From the NCBI GenBank assembly GCA_001314545.1, contig LIHN01000007.1:31217-95216 (forward strand): a stretch of DNA of 64,000 bases, written 5' to 3'. This document shows, piece by piece, positions 19,559-29,513 of this stretch. Below the pieces are notes generated by a model. It searched no databases. It was given only the letters and a program-made list of their open reading frames with translations, and was not told the DNA's origin. The position numbers and the translations under genes were made by a program. The stretch is from Bacteroidetes bacterium HLUCCA01 (GTDB lineage Bacteria > Bacteroidota > Rhodothermia > Balneolales > HLUCCA01). How positions within the stretch are numbered: position 1 is the stretch's first letter; the number at the start of each line of letters is the position of its first letter.

Positions 19559-20250
19559 TGGTTGCGGCCTTGCAACTCCCCACAGCCTTCCCTGACCTGG
19601 ACTGGTTGTACCGATGGATGCATTCCGATGTGATGTTGTTGCATACCGGGGCCACCTTCAACCGGAAAAGCAGCGTCCACAGGGGGAAAATCCGCCAGCC
19701 GAACGGCACCCAGTGGGTCTATATGCCGGTTCACCCCGAAGACCGACGGCTCCCCTTGCACACCTGCAGAACCGATCCGGACTCCGGGTGGCTAACGCCC
19801 CTGCTGCGATCCTTTGAATTCAATTACCGTAACAGTCCGTATTTCGACCACTATGAACCCGAAATACGGGCCGACTTCCAACATGCCGCCGCTATGTCGT
19901 CCTGGCTCGAGGCGGCCACCCACCTGAACCAGCGGTTATGGCAATACCTTGAGATCCCCTCGCTGCCCCCCGTTGAATACATTCCCGACAACAACGCACC
20001 ACTGTTAAATCCGGATAATCATCACGATACTGTTCGCATACTTCCCGAAAAAAATTCCAGAAACTACCTGGATACACTTGGTTTAAAAATCGATAATACT
20101 CCGGTTGATATCAGCAATCGCATCCGGTATGACCAGCACTTTGGCGGATTTGAAGCAGGCTGTTGCCTGTACGATGTACTCTTTGAGACGGGTCCGGATT
20201 TTTGGCAGATAGTTGATGCTATGGTCGAAGTCAGCCTTAATGGGGCATGA
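19558..20250 (+). CDS. WbqC-like family protein (function unknown)
   Basis: The pattern NRKSSVHRGKIRQPNGTQWVYMPV and the C-terminal YDQHFGGFEAGCCLYDVLFETGP resemble WbqC family signatures recalled from memory. The ATG overlaps the cdaA stop (TAATG). Confidence 0.55.
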   Translation: MVAALQLPTAFPDLDWLYRWMHSDVMLLHTGATFNRKSSVHRGKIRQPNGTQWVYMPVHPEDRRLPLHTCRTDPDSGWLTPLLRSFEFNYRNSPYFDHYEPEIRADFQHAAAMSSWLEAATHLNQRLWQYLEIPSLPPVEYIPDNNAPLLNPDNHHDTVRILPEKNSRNYLDTLGLKIDNTPVDISNRIRYDQHFGGFEAGCCLYDVLFETGPDFWQIVDAMVEVSLNGA

Positions 20251-20491
20251 TTCAGACGAAAATAGGAATCTGCAGACAACAGTAGGTCTACACTTTAAAC
20301 GACACGCAGACAAAGACATCCCGGACGGTATTCTCACAGATTGTTCCCACGAAATTAGACATTGTTTCTAACTAAACAATTCCATACAATGTATTGATGT
20401 CTGTCAACAGCAATCGTCAGGGGGCTTACAAGGTTGTTGCAATGCAGGACCGAGGTGTGTTCAATTCAATCAATACACGTGCGCTTAGCTT

Positions 20492-21937
20492 ATGAAAGAA
20501 GAATCGTCCGCGTCGTCTCCCGGGTTCATTCCGGACAACAGCTACCCCGAAGAGCTGCAACGAATAGCAGATCAGTCGCCCATTGTTATGATGCGCTGGA
20601 AGAATGCCCCCGGGTGGCCCGTTGAATTCGTCTCCGGCAGCATAAGTCAGTGGGGATATACATCGGATGATTTTCTTGATGGTAAGCTGGATCATGTAAG
20701 CATCGTACATCCGGATGATGTTGATCGGATGAATGCCGAAATTGATGTACTATTAGCCAGACAGCAGGCCAATTACGAGCAATTCTACCGCATTGTCTGC
20801 AAAGATGGTCGTGTTGTATGGGTTGACGACCGTACCTGGGTTGAGTATGATGATAGCGGTGTTCCCAAAGTAATCAGTGGTGTTCTCATCGACGTAACCC
20901 GGCGTATTGAGGCTGAATCGAGGCATTATGAAGACCGGCAAAAGCTGCAGGAAGCTATTAATGCCAGCAATGTAGGCTTTTACGATTACCGCACTGCCAC
21001 CGGAGAAGTCTTTTACTCCGATGAATGGAAAACCCAGCTCGGTTACCGACCGGATGAACTGGAAGACGACTACGACACCTGGTACGGGTTGCTGCATCCG
21101 GAAGACCGTGAGGCAGCGTCCGGGCGACTGCGCGACTTCGGTGATAATTCCTCTGCCAAAAACTACGAGAGTCAGTTCAGGTTGCGCTGCAAAGACGGCC
21201 GTTACAAATGGATCCAGGCACGGGGTACCGCCACCCGTACTGACGGTGGAAAATTACTGAAAATGGTCGGCTCTCACATTGACATTACCGATAAAATTAA
21301 AAAGCAGCAGCAGCTCGAAGAAGCCTTGAAACAGAAGAATGTCCTGCTATCCGAAATTCACCACCGTGTCAAGAATAACCTGGCGGTAGTCTCCAGCATA
21401 CTCCAGCTGCAACTGGATCGCCTCGGCTCGCAGGCCGACCAAAACATCTTCCTGGATACCATTACCAAGGTCCGGTCCATATCGCTGGTTCATGAAGCGT
21501 TGTATCACAGTGAAAACTACGGCGAACTCTGCCTGGATGCGTATCTGCCCAAGGTGATTGATGCTATCCGCGATACCATGAATTCACCGGAGCTTACGGT
21601 TGAAGTTGAATTCAGTCTGGATTGCCGGCAGATCACCGTAGAACAGGCTGTACCCATAGGTTTACTCGTCAATGAAGTGATTACCAACGCGTTTAAGCAT
21701 GCATTTCCAGACCGTAGTACCGGCTGCATCCAGGTACTGTTGCAAAGCTCAGGTGACCAGACAGAACTGATTATCCGTGACAACGGAGTAGGAATTGCGC
21801 CGGAAGCATTGCAAAAACGCGACAGCCTGGGCATGCAGATTATTGAAGGATTGGCTTTGCAGATAGGCGGCAACGCTGAGGTCACCTCCAGCCCGGACGG
21901 AACACAAGTACGGCTTGAATTTGGGGAAATGCCGTAA
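20492..21937 (+). CDS. Cytoplasmic PAS-domain sensor histidine kinase (HisKA_2/HWE-like)
   Basis: Two PAS/PAC modules (...YRIVCKDGRVVWV..., ...FRLRCKDGRYKWI...). H-box EIHHRVKNNLAVV and ATPase motifs NAFKHAF, RDNGVGI. No TM segment. Confidence 0.8.
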   Translation: MKEESSASSPGFIPDNSYPEELQRIADQSPIVMMRWKNAPGWPVEFVSGSISQWGYTSDDFLDGKLDHVSIVHPDDVDRMNAEIDVLLARQQANYEQFYRIVCKDGRVVWVDDRTWVEYDDSGVPKVISGVLIDVTRRIEAESRHYEDRQKLQEAINASNVGFYDYRTATGEVFYSDEWKTQLGYRPDELEDDYDTWYGLLHPEDREAASGRLRDFGDNSSAKNYESQFRLRCKDGRYKWIQARGTATRTDGGKLLKMVGSHIDITDKIKKQQQLEEALKQKNVLLSEIHHRVKNNLAVVSSILQLQLDRLGSQADQNIFLDTITKVRSISLVHEALYHSENYGELCLDAYLPKVIDAIRDTMNSPELTVEVEFSLDCRQITVEQAVPIGLLVNEVITNAFKHAFPDRSTGCIQVLLQSSGDQTELIIRDNGVGIAPEALQKRDSLGMQIIEGLALQIGGNAEVTSSPDGTQVRLEFGEMP

Positions 21938-22088
21938 TTATACAGGTCACGCTGTTCGGGGCTTTTTGCGGTTTATTTTACTGAGGCGATGCGTATCTTG
22001 CCAGACAGGGCTAGCTGAATATGGCTCACCGCCGATCAGGGTTCAGCGCCCCCGTGAACACATCATCTGCACGCAATCCATTACGCTT

Positions 22089-25000
22089 ATGTCCACCACC
22101 CGGGAATCACTCATGGACTCCACCGACCTCCCCGCTATCAATGCCCGGTCGGAATCCCAGGTTGCCCAACCCGATATTCATCGCGATACCCTTCTGCGCC
22201 GGCTCTACGCCAACGATGCCTCCATGTACGAGGAACAACCTGAAGGCGTTTTTTTCCCGCAAAACGGCGATGATATCCGTGACCTGGTAAAATGGTGTGC
22301 GGTGCATCGTACCCCCATTACCGCCAGGGCAGCGGGAACGAGTCTGGCCGGTCAAACTACCGGCGGCGGCGTTGTCATGGACACTTCCCGGCACATGTCG
22401 CGTATTCTGGAAATCCGCCCTGCAGAAGGTCGGGCCACGGTACAACCCGGTGTCATCCGCGACACCCTGAATCGCGAGGCCGCTGTTCACGGCCTGCAGT
22501 TTGGTCCGGATACCTCCACCACCAACCGTTGCATGCTCGGAGGCATGATTGGCAACAACTCCGCCGGATCCTTCTCCCTGAAACACCGTACCACCCGTGA
22601 ACATGTGCAGACCATGCGGGTAGTATTGAGCGATGGTTCCCTGGCCGAATTCGGTCCGCTCACCAACGAAGAACTTGAGACCAGGAAACAACGCAAAACA
22701 CTGGAAGGCCGCATCTACCGGGAAATGCTGGCATTGCTTGAAGCCAATAAAGACGCCATTCTGGACAGCTACCCGCATCCCGATATCACCCGGCGAAATA
22801 CGGGTTATGCGCTGGACCGCCTCTGTGAGATGGAACCCCTCAACCCGGGCGGGCGACCTTTCAATATGGCTGAATTACTGTGCGGAAGCGAGGGTACCCT
22901 GGCGATGACCGTTGACGCCGATGTCAGACTGGTCCCGCTGCCAAAGCACAAAATTCTGTTAATCGGCCAGTACACCACCCTGCGTGAATCCATGTTGGCC
23001 ACGGTGGAAGCGGTCAAGGCCGTCCCCCCTCCTGCAGTCGGAGAAACCCGTGAAGACGGGGAACTCGGCGCGGTGGAGCTCATCGATGACATCATTATCA
23101 AAGCTACCGAACTGAATCTGGAACAGAGCAGGAACCGGTTTTTCATCGTTGGCGAGCCCAAGGCCGTTCTGATTATGCAACTGGAGGGTGGCGATGCAGA
23201 CAAGCTTGTAGCCCGGGCCAAAGCCCTTGGGGAACAGCTCAAAGCCGATGGACTTGGCTACGACTACCAGATTTTCACCCAGCCAGAAGACATGCATAAA
23301 GTCTGGGAGCTTCGCAAGGCCGGACTCGGTCTGCTCATGGGTACCTGGGCGGAGTCGCGCACCCCGGAATTTATCGAAGACACCTCCGTGCGTGTAGAAG
23401 ACCTCCCCGCGTATATCGAGGAGTTTGAAGCTATTATGCGCCGCTATGACACCCACAGTGTCTACTACGCCCATGCCTCGGTAGGCGAACTGCACCTGCG
23501 ACCCGAGCTGAACCTGACGACACGGGAAGGCTTCGAAAAAATGAAGCAGATTGCCGTGGATGTAGCCAGATTGGTAAAAAAATACCGCGGATCACTCAGT
23601 GGCGAGCACGGCGACGGTCGGGTCCGGGCTCCGTACATTGAACTGGTTCTGGGCACTGAAATGATGCCGCTCTTGCGTCAGGTCAAGCAGATCTGGGATC
23701 CGAACGGCATTTTCAATCCGGGCAAAATTGTGGACCCCAAACCCATGGATGCCGACCTCCGGTTCTACCCTGAGGAGGAAATCCCAACGTTCAATACCGT
23801 GTTTCATTACCGGAACGAAGGGAATTTTATGGCGCTGGTGGATAAGTGCAACGGAGCGGGCGTGTGCCGGAAACTGGCTGAAAGCGGAGGCACCATGTGT
23901 CCGTCCTACATGGCCACACGCGACGAAAAAGACTCGACCCGCGGCAGGGCCAATGTGTTCCGCCAGGTTTTCCGCGGGGAACGTTACGATGCCTTCTCCA
24001 ACGACGATCTGCATGATGCGCTTAGCCTTTGCCTGAGCTGCAAGGCCTGCAAAACCGAGTGCCCGGCCAATGTTGACATGGCCAAAATGAAGGCGGAGTT
24101 CACCCAGGGCCGGCACGACCGCGCCGGTGCACCGCTGAGCTACCATTTTTTCGGTCGACCCGAGCTTTTTTATCCGCTGGCCGCACCCTTCTCCGGCCTG
24201 GTAAACTGGATGAACCGGCTGAACCCGGTCAAGGAAATCTACAAAACCCTGTTCAACATCCATCCCGACCGAAATTTGCCGGAGTTTTCCGCACAGACGT
24301 TTCAGCAGTGGTTTCGCAAACGGCAACCCAAACCGGATTCCGGGTCGCAAAATCCGGGCGCCACATCACCAGGAGCACATACAAGCGGTTTCCAAACAGT
24401 CACTGAAGTCGGTAGCAGACACGTGACCGGATCACAGGCTGCCGGCAAACAGGCCCGTAAAGGCACCCCCATCCGCGGTAAAGTCCTCATTATGGTGGAT
24501 GTTTTCATGAATTACAACGAACCGGAAGTAGGCAGGGCGATGGTACACGTGCTGGAACATCTGGGCTATGAGGTGCTGGTTACCCAACCGCTGGCAAGCG
24601 GCCGGACCCAGCTATCGAAAGGCTTTGTGCGGGATGCCCGGAGCATAGCCCATAAGAACATCGGTCTGCTCACGCCCTACGCTTCGGAAGGAATCCCGAT
24701 TATCGGCCAGGAGCCCTCGGAAATCCTCTCCCTTCGCGATGAATATCTGGATTTATGCGATGACGACCGGTTGGATGGTGCCCGGAAAGTAGCCGCTTCG
24801 GCCTACCTGTTCGAGGAGTTTTTACAGAAACACTTTGCCGCATTCCCCGAAGATGCAAACCGTTTCGACGCGCGGGGGCGACAGGCCGTGGTGCACGGTC
24901 ACTGCCATGCCAAGGCCCTGGTAGGCATGGAGCCGGTCATGGAAGTGCTGGAAAAGATTGGTTACCAAGCCGAAAATCTGCCCACCGGCTGCTGTGGAAT

Positions 25001-25208
25001 GGCAGGTAGTTTCGGGTATGAAAACGAGCATTTTGAAATCTCTCAGCAGATTGGAGAAATGGTGCTGTTCCCACGGTTGCGAAGTACCCCGGAAGAGACC
25101 GAAATATGTGCTCACGGGTTTTCATGCAGGCATCAGATTGCCGATGGTGTTGATCGTACCGCACACCATACTGCCGTGCTGGTCCGAAATGCGATGAAGC
25201 CCGGCTAA
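22089..25208 (+). CDS. FAD-binding (GlcD-like) and Fe-S/CCG-domain (GlcF-like) fusion oxidoreductase, YdiJ-like
   Basis: Start at ATG 22089 (MSTTRESL). FAD_binding_4 region (RAAGTSLAGQTTGGGVVMD) and two Fe-S motifs (CNGAGVCRKL...CPSY; CLSCKACKTECP). The C-terminal cysteine-rich CCG-type region reads (HGHCHAKA, GCCGMAG). A low-complexity linker lies at about 24320-24470. Confidence 0.85.
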   Translation: MSTTRESLMDSTDLPAINARSESQVAQPDIHRDTLLRRLYANDASMYEEQPEGVFFPQNGDDIRDLVKWCAVHRTPITARAAGTSLAGQTTGGGVVMDTSRHMSRILEIRPAEGRATVQPGVIRDTLNREAAVHGLQFGPDTSTTNRCMLGGMIGNNSAGSFSLKHRTTREHVQTMRVVLSDGSLAEFGPLTNEELETRKQRKTLEGRIYREMLALLEANKDAILDSYPHPDITRRNTGYALDRLCEMEPLNPGGRPFNMAELLCGSEGTLAMTVDADVRLVPLPKHKILLIGQYTTLRESMLATVEAVKAVPPPAVGETREDGELGAVELIDDIIIKATELNLEQSRNRFFIVGEPKAVLIMQLEGGDADKLVARAKALGEQLKADGLGYDYQIFTQPEDMHKVWELRKAGLGLLMGTWAESRTPEFIEDTSVRVEDLPAYIEEFEAIMRRYDTHSVYYAHASVGELHLRPELNLTTREGFEKMKQIAVDVARLVKKYRGSLSGEHGDGRVRAPYIELVLGTEMMPLLRQVKQIWDPNGIFNPGKIVDPKPMDADLRFYPEEEIPTFNTVFHYRNEGNFMALVDKCNGAGVCRKLAESGGTMCPSYMATRDEKDSTRGRANVFRQVFRGERYDAFSNDDLHDALSLCLSCKACKTECPANVDMAKMKAEFTQGRHDRAGAPLSYHFFGRPELFYPLAAPFSGLVNWMNRLNPVKEIYKTLFNIHPDRNLPEFSAQTFQQWFRKRQPKPDSGSQNPGATSPGAHTSGFQTVTEVGSRHVTGSQAAGKQARKGTPIRGKVLIMVDVFMNYNEPEVGRAMVHVLEHLGYEVLVTQPLASGRTQLSKGFVRDARSIAHKNIGLLTPYASEGIPIIGQEPSEILSLRDEYLDLCDDDRLDGARKVAASAYLFEEFLQKHFAAFPEDANRFDARGRQAVVHGHCHAKALVGMEPVMEVLEKIGYQAENLPTGCCGMAGSFGYENEHFEISQQIGEMVLFPRLRSTPEETEICAHGFSCRHQIADGVDRTAHHTAVLVRNAMKPG

Positions 25209-25234
25209 CACGGCTCCGTCCGCACCATATCACC

Positions 25235-25375
25235 TGTCAATCACAACGATATAGCGTTATACCGGGTTAATTTAAACGATAAAGCATCACATCGGGCCAA
25301 CGAAAACGACATATCGGTATAATGCAACCCGAATTCCTTGTCAGGTCAACGCTATAGCGTCACCGTAAAAGCGGT
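25235..25375. repeat. Four degenerate copies of a roughly 25-30-bp unit built on a palindromic core AACGNTATAGCGT
   Basis: aacgatatagcgtt (25245), aacgataaagcatc (25275), aacgacatatcggt (25315), aacgctatagcgtc (25348; acgctatagcgt is a perfect palindrome). The array lies between two convergent stop codons. Confidence 0.5.
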
Positions 25376-25403
25376 ACTTTTCAGTGCACCCATCCAGCCT
25401 GGC

Positions 25404-25925
25404 TCAGAACATACGCACCATTTTCCACTCGAAACAGCGATTCTGGTCGTGCAGGGGCTTCAACAGGGACGTCATTTCGAAACCAAGTCTCTTATACAGC
25501 CGGTGCGCACCCAGAAACTGGGTATCCGTCCACAGATGAACCTGATCAACGCCTTCTGACTCGGCCAAATCCAGGACGTGTTGAATCATCCATCGACCTA
25601 CACCTTTCCCACGGACGTCCTCGTCGAGGTAAACCCGGCTCAGACAGGCTCCTTCATGGTTGTATTTCAGGGCGATGACACCGCAGATTCGCTCGCCATC
25701 CAGACGGATAGTGAACAAACGAGGCCGACCTGCCTTCATGGCATTCAGTCCGTAATATCCATGGAAGTTCACGAAATCAGGCAGCTCATCCTCCAGCCGA
25801 AAAACCCACCCGTACTCGTGAAAGACCCGCTCCACAATGTTGCCCAAGGCCGGTATCTCATCCGGTCGGGCCAGGTCCATGGATAAATTCCGGTAAAAAA
25901 CGGGAAATTCAGCTGATTTTGACAT
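25404..25925 (-). CDS. GNAT-family N-acetyltransferase
   Basis: Start at ATG 25925 (MSKSAEFP). Acetyl-CoA binding motif DEDVRGKGVGRWMI and typical GNAT size. Confidence 0.75.
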   Translation of the reverse strand: MSKSAEFPVFYRNLSMDLARPDEIPALGNIVERVFHEYGWVFRLEDELPDFVNFHGYYGLNAMKAGRPRLFTIRLDGERICGVIALKYNHEGACLSRVYLDEDVRGKGVGRWMIQHVLDLAESEGVDQVHLWTDTQFLGAHRLYKRLGFEMTSLLKPLHDQNRCFEWKMVRMF

Positions 25926-25979
25926 ATTTTGAATAATCAAGACGACCAAAGCTCACGATACTACCTGAAATTCTCAACT

Positions 25980-26936
25980 ATGATTATCATCATTGGAGCC
26001 GGTCCGATAGGACTGGCCTGCGGCATCGCGCTGAAACGCAAAAATATCCCTTTCCGGATTATCGACAAAGGCTGTCTGACCAATTCGATTTACCATTATC
26101 CGGTTAACATGACCTTTTTTTCAACGTCAGACCGACTTGAAATCGGGGGCATACCGTTTATTTCCCATAACGTCAAACCCACCCGGAGGGAGGCCCTGGA
26201 ATACTATCGGCGGGTAACCGAGCACTTCCAGCTTCCCGTGCATCTTTATGAAAAGGTGAGCTCCATCAGCGGTAATGACGGCAATTTCACGGTTACTACA
26301 GACAAGGCCACCTACCAGGCTCAAAAAGTGGTGATTGCATCCGGATTCTACAGTGATCCGCACCGGATGAACGTACCCGGGGAAGACCTGCCCAAAGTGA
26401 AACACTACTATGACGAGCCCCATCCCTATGCCTTTCAGAATGTGGTGGTCATCGGAGCCGGAAATTCCGGGGTTGACGTAGCACTGGAAACCTACCGGGC
26501 GGGCTCGAAGGTGACCATGGTTGTGCGTGCCCCTGAAATCAAAAGAACGGTCAAATACTGGGTCCGACCCGACATCGAGAACCGCATAAAAAATGGCGAA
26601 ATTGCAGCCTATTTCAACACGGACATTGTGCGGATTAACGAGAAAACGGTAACGCTTCGGACTCCGGAGGGTGAAAAGACCATTGACAACGATTTCGTAC
26701 TGGCAATGACCGGATACGAACCCGACTTTTCACTGCTGCGTGATGCCGGCGTTGCATTTCAGGAGGATGAAGCCCGTACCCCGGAATATGAGGAAGCCAC
26801 GATGGAATCGAACAAAAAGGGGCTCTATCTGGCAGGGGTGGTTTGCGGGGGATTGAACACGAGTAAATGGTTCATCGAAAACGCACGCTACCATGCCGAT
26901 CTGATTGCGAAGCACATTGCGGAGGTAATGGACTGA
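25980..26936 (+). CDS. YpdA-family FAD/NAD(P)-dependent oxidoreductase (putative bacillithiol-disulfide reductase type)
   Basis: Start at ATG 25980 (MIIIIGAGPIGLACG). A second Rossmann motif VVIGAGNSGVD is present, and the N-terminal block IDKGCLTNSIYHYPVNMTFFST resembles YpdA. Confidence 0.7.
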   Translation: MIIIIGAGPIGLACGIALKRKNIPFRIIDKGCLTNSIYHYPVNMTFFSTSDRLEIGGIPFISHNVKPTRREALEYYRRVTEHFQLPVHLYEKVSSISGNDGNFTVTTDKATYQAQKVVIASGFYSDPHRMNVPGEDLPKVKHYYDEPHPYAFQNVVVIGAGNSGVDVALETYRAGSKVTMVVRAPEIKRTVKYWVRPDIENRIKNGEIAAYFNTDIVRINEKTVTLRTPEGEKTIDNDFVLAMTGYEPDFSLLRDAGVAFQEDEARTPEYEEATMESNKKGLYLAGVVCGGLNTSKWFIENARYHADLIAKHIAEVMD

Positions 26937-26983
26937 GTTGCTAAACCGAAGTTACCGGGCCGCTTAATGCGCGATAACCGGGT

Positions 26984-29170
26984 TTAGTCCAGCCAGGTAC
27001 GCAGTTTATTGATCAGGTCTTCTTTTCGGACCGGCTTGGCGATGAGATCAACAAAACCGGCTCCTTCAATACGATCGTTTTCCAGCATGGCGTGTCCTGA
27101 AAGAGCAACAAGCGGGGCTGTGCAACCCAGATCACGTATTTTTCGGGCGGCTTCAAATCCGTCCATCACCGGCATTTTGATATCAAGCAGAACGATAGTT
27201 GCGTCGGGATTCGCCTGATAGGCCTCAACAGCCGCCTGCCCTGTTTCGGCAATAATCAATGTTACGTTCGTCTTTTTCAGCGCGATCTTCATGTACATAA
27301 TGTTGACCGGCTCGTCTTCGGCCAGGATTATTTTTTTGCCGGACCAGTCGGGAGCCGGCAGTGATGTTGCACTCATGGATATAGTTTGAGGGGTTTCGTC
27401 GGGATCGGTAATTACGTGGGGTAATTTCAGAAAGAAGGTACTGCCTTTTCCGGGCAATGATGTTACGGTTAGTTCACCTCCCAAAAGATGCGCATAACCT
27501 CGGGATATGGCAAGTCCAAGTCCTGTACCTCTGGAGATATACTGATTATCCTGATCGAGCTGCTGAAAGCGGTCGAAGATGACATTCAGATGATCCGCCT
27601 CAATGCCTTTACCACTGTCTTTGATGGAAAAAACAAGCAGGCCGTCAATGATATTAGCACGGAGTGACACACTGCCTTCGGGAGTAAATTTCAGGGCATT
27701 ATCGAGCAGATTGGTGAGGATTTGCCGGATTTTCAGCGGGTCAGATAAAACAAAATCCTCGTAATCTTCCAAAAACGAGTGTGTTGAGAAATAAAGTCCC
27801 CGGTGCGCTGCCTGGGGCTGCACACTTTTTTCCACGTTTGCCAACAAGTTCCGAACCGAGAATCCGCTCATGCGGACTTCTTCGTGTCCGGCTTCAATCT
27901 TTGATATGTCAATGATATCGTTGATGATGGCCAGGAGCTGCTCAGCATTGTCTTCAATGATTCCAAGGTACTCGTTGCGCTCGGTTTCAGGCAATTCATG
28001 ATCTTTCAGGATACCGGCAAACCCGATAATACCGTTCATGGGATTGCGGATTTCGTGCGACATATTTGCCAGGAATGCGCTCTTTAAGCGATCGCTTTCC
28101 TCCGCTCTGATCCGCGCCATAACCAATTCCTGCTCGTTTTTTTTGCGTTCGGTGATATCGCGGAACAGCAGGAGTGTTCCGGCGGAGGCCCGGTCAACCG
28201 AGGAAAGTCTTGTGGCGGTAACCTCCACTGTAATTCGTGACGGTCTGTTTAGAACCAGCTCGATTTCCATCGAGGTGGCTTCCTCCTTGCCAAGTAACTT
28301 TCTGATGAGGATAAAATGAGCAGGTAGTTCTGCGAAATCCTTGCCGATGATATCAGAACCCGGCGGAAACAGATACTCCTGCATTTTGGTGTTGCAATAA
28401 ACAACCCGCTGCAGGTTATCCAAAACCATAACGCCCTCGTTCAAACCCTCCACAACTTTGTCGCGCGCAACCGGAACAATATCAAAAAGTTTAAAGCGAA
28501 GCAGTCCAAGTCCGATAGCCAGTCCCGATGCGGTAAAGACCACCGGTGTCATATCCAGGTACTCATAAGGCCGGAATCCCAGATGATACAGGGCGTTTAC
28601 GAACCAGGGGATCAGTACCCCGGCGAGTACTACGATGGTTTGTTTGCGATAGATGGGAGCGGCTATGTTGTAATAGCGCATGAGCAGCGCTACGCCGAGG
28701 ATGAGAAGGATGTAGAAATAGTACAGATGCACCAGATACCACGGTCCGCGCGTAAAACTGAGCATAGGAAAGGGGGTATCAGGAGCAACCCCATAGGTGG
28801 CATAGTGAAGATGATGCCAGGGATTGGTCCAAACTATGAGAATAGTCAGCACCGGTATGGCAAAGATTATGGCAACATTACGTGGTGTGAGCCAGTGTTC
28901 CCTTCCGGTAAACGCGAAGGTGAAGGTAATCCAGAAGGCCGGAATCATGGCGATTCCGAGATATTCAATGTTTAACCAGAAAAGTATGGTTTCCAATTGG
29001 GTTGCGGTCAGCTCAAAGGCATATGCTGCCGCCCAGATTGAAAGGGAGTACATCATCCAGGCAAAATTCCTGCCTGCCAGTCCGGTGCGATTCAGCAGTA
29101 GCGTTGCCAGCACACCCGTGGCCAGGGCAGAAATAATCAGAAGAACGGAGAAAACATTGAACTGAAGCAT
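26984..29170 (-). CDS. Hybrid sensor histidine kinase: N-terminal 7-TM sensor, PAS, HisKA, HATPase and C-terminal receiver
   Basis: Seven N-terminal hydrophobic helices. H-box FLANMSHEIRNPMNGI, ATPase motifs (DNALKFT, DSGKGI, GTGLGLAI) and a receiver domain (ILAEDEP...LLDIKMPVMDG...KP). Confidence 0.85.
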   Translation of the reverse strand: MLQFNVFSVLLIISALATGVLATLLLNRTGLAGRNFAWMMYSLSIWAAAYAFELTATQLETILFWLNIEYLGIAMIPAFWITFTFAFTGREHWLTPRNVAIIFAIPVLTILIVWTNPWHHLHYATYGVAPDTPFPMLSFTRGPWYLVHLYYFYILLILGVALLMRYYNIAAPIYRKQTIVVLAGVLIPWFVNALYHLGFRPYEYLDMTPVVFTASGLAIGLGLLRFKLFDIVPVARDKVVEGLNEGVMVLDNLQRVVYCNTKMQEYLFPPGSDIIGKDFAELPAHFILIRKLLGKEEATSMEIELVLNRPSRITVEVTATRLSSVDRASAGTLLLFRDITERKKNEQELVMARIRAEESDRLKSAFLANMSHEIRNPMNGIIGFAGILKDHELPETERNEYLGIIEDNAEQLLAIINDIIDISKIEAGHEEVRMSGFSVRNLLANVEKSVQPQAAHRGLYFSTHSFLEDYEDFVLSDPLKIRQILTNLLDNALKFTPEGSVSLRANIIDGLLVFSIKDSGKGIEADHLNVIFDRFQQLDQDNQYISRGTGLGLAISRGYAHLLGGELTVTSLPGKGSTFFLKLPHVITDPDETPQTISMSATSLPAPDWSGKKIILAEDEPVNIMYMKIALKKTNVTLIIAETGQAAVEAYQANPDATIVLLDIKMPVMDGFEAARKIRDLGCTAPLVALSGHAMLENDRIEGAGFVDLIAKPVRKEDLINKLRTWLD

Positions 29171-29269
29171 AAATAGCTGTTGGCCGGTACTGCTTGTGCT
29201 GATGAACCTCTATGATTCCCGGTTAAGGTTGGCGATTGGATTAGGATTACCGACTTCCTATGCAATATA

Positions 29270-29283
29270 TCATGAATTCATGA
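29270..29283. promoter_or_regulatory. Perfect 14-bp palindrome TCATGAATTCATGA in a divergent intergenic region
   Basis: Read directly. It lies 100 nt upstream of the hybrid kinase start (29170, minus strand) and 231 nt upstream of the 29514 gene. It is a possible dimeric regulator site with no assigned regulator. Confidence 0.25.
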
Positions 29284-29513
29284 GTCAGAATAATTAAGAT
29301 ATGGAGCTCAGATTCGCACGGGCAGCCCACACAGCGTATATTACTGTATAAAAACTACCAACAAGTAAACAATATAACGGCGTATTGCGGCTACGCTGAA
29401 TCAGTCCATACTCGTAAAAATCATCCATAAGCAACCTATGTGCGGACCCATACAGGAACAATCGTCCGTACCCGTCGTTCTAATACCTTATCTAACCATC
29501 ACAAAATTACATT

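Noticed and set aside
21915-22088. N-terminal extension of the FAD/Fe-S oxidoreductase ORF overlapping the end of the histidine kinase gene. Similar 5' extensions occur for the ORFs at 1734, 4537, 10739, 13280, 17284, 17381, 25949, 25929, 32661, 39163, 41321, 41339, 48392 and 61669.
   Set aside because: The extensions overlap neighbouring genes or lack family similarity. Internal ATGs give N-termini typical of the family or clear signal peptides, so the shorter coordinates were used.
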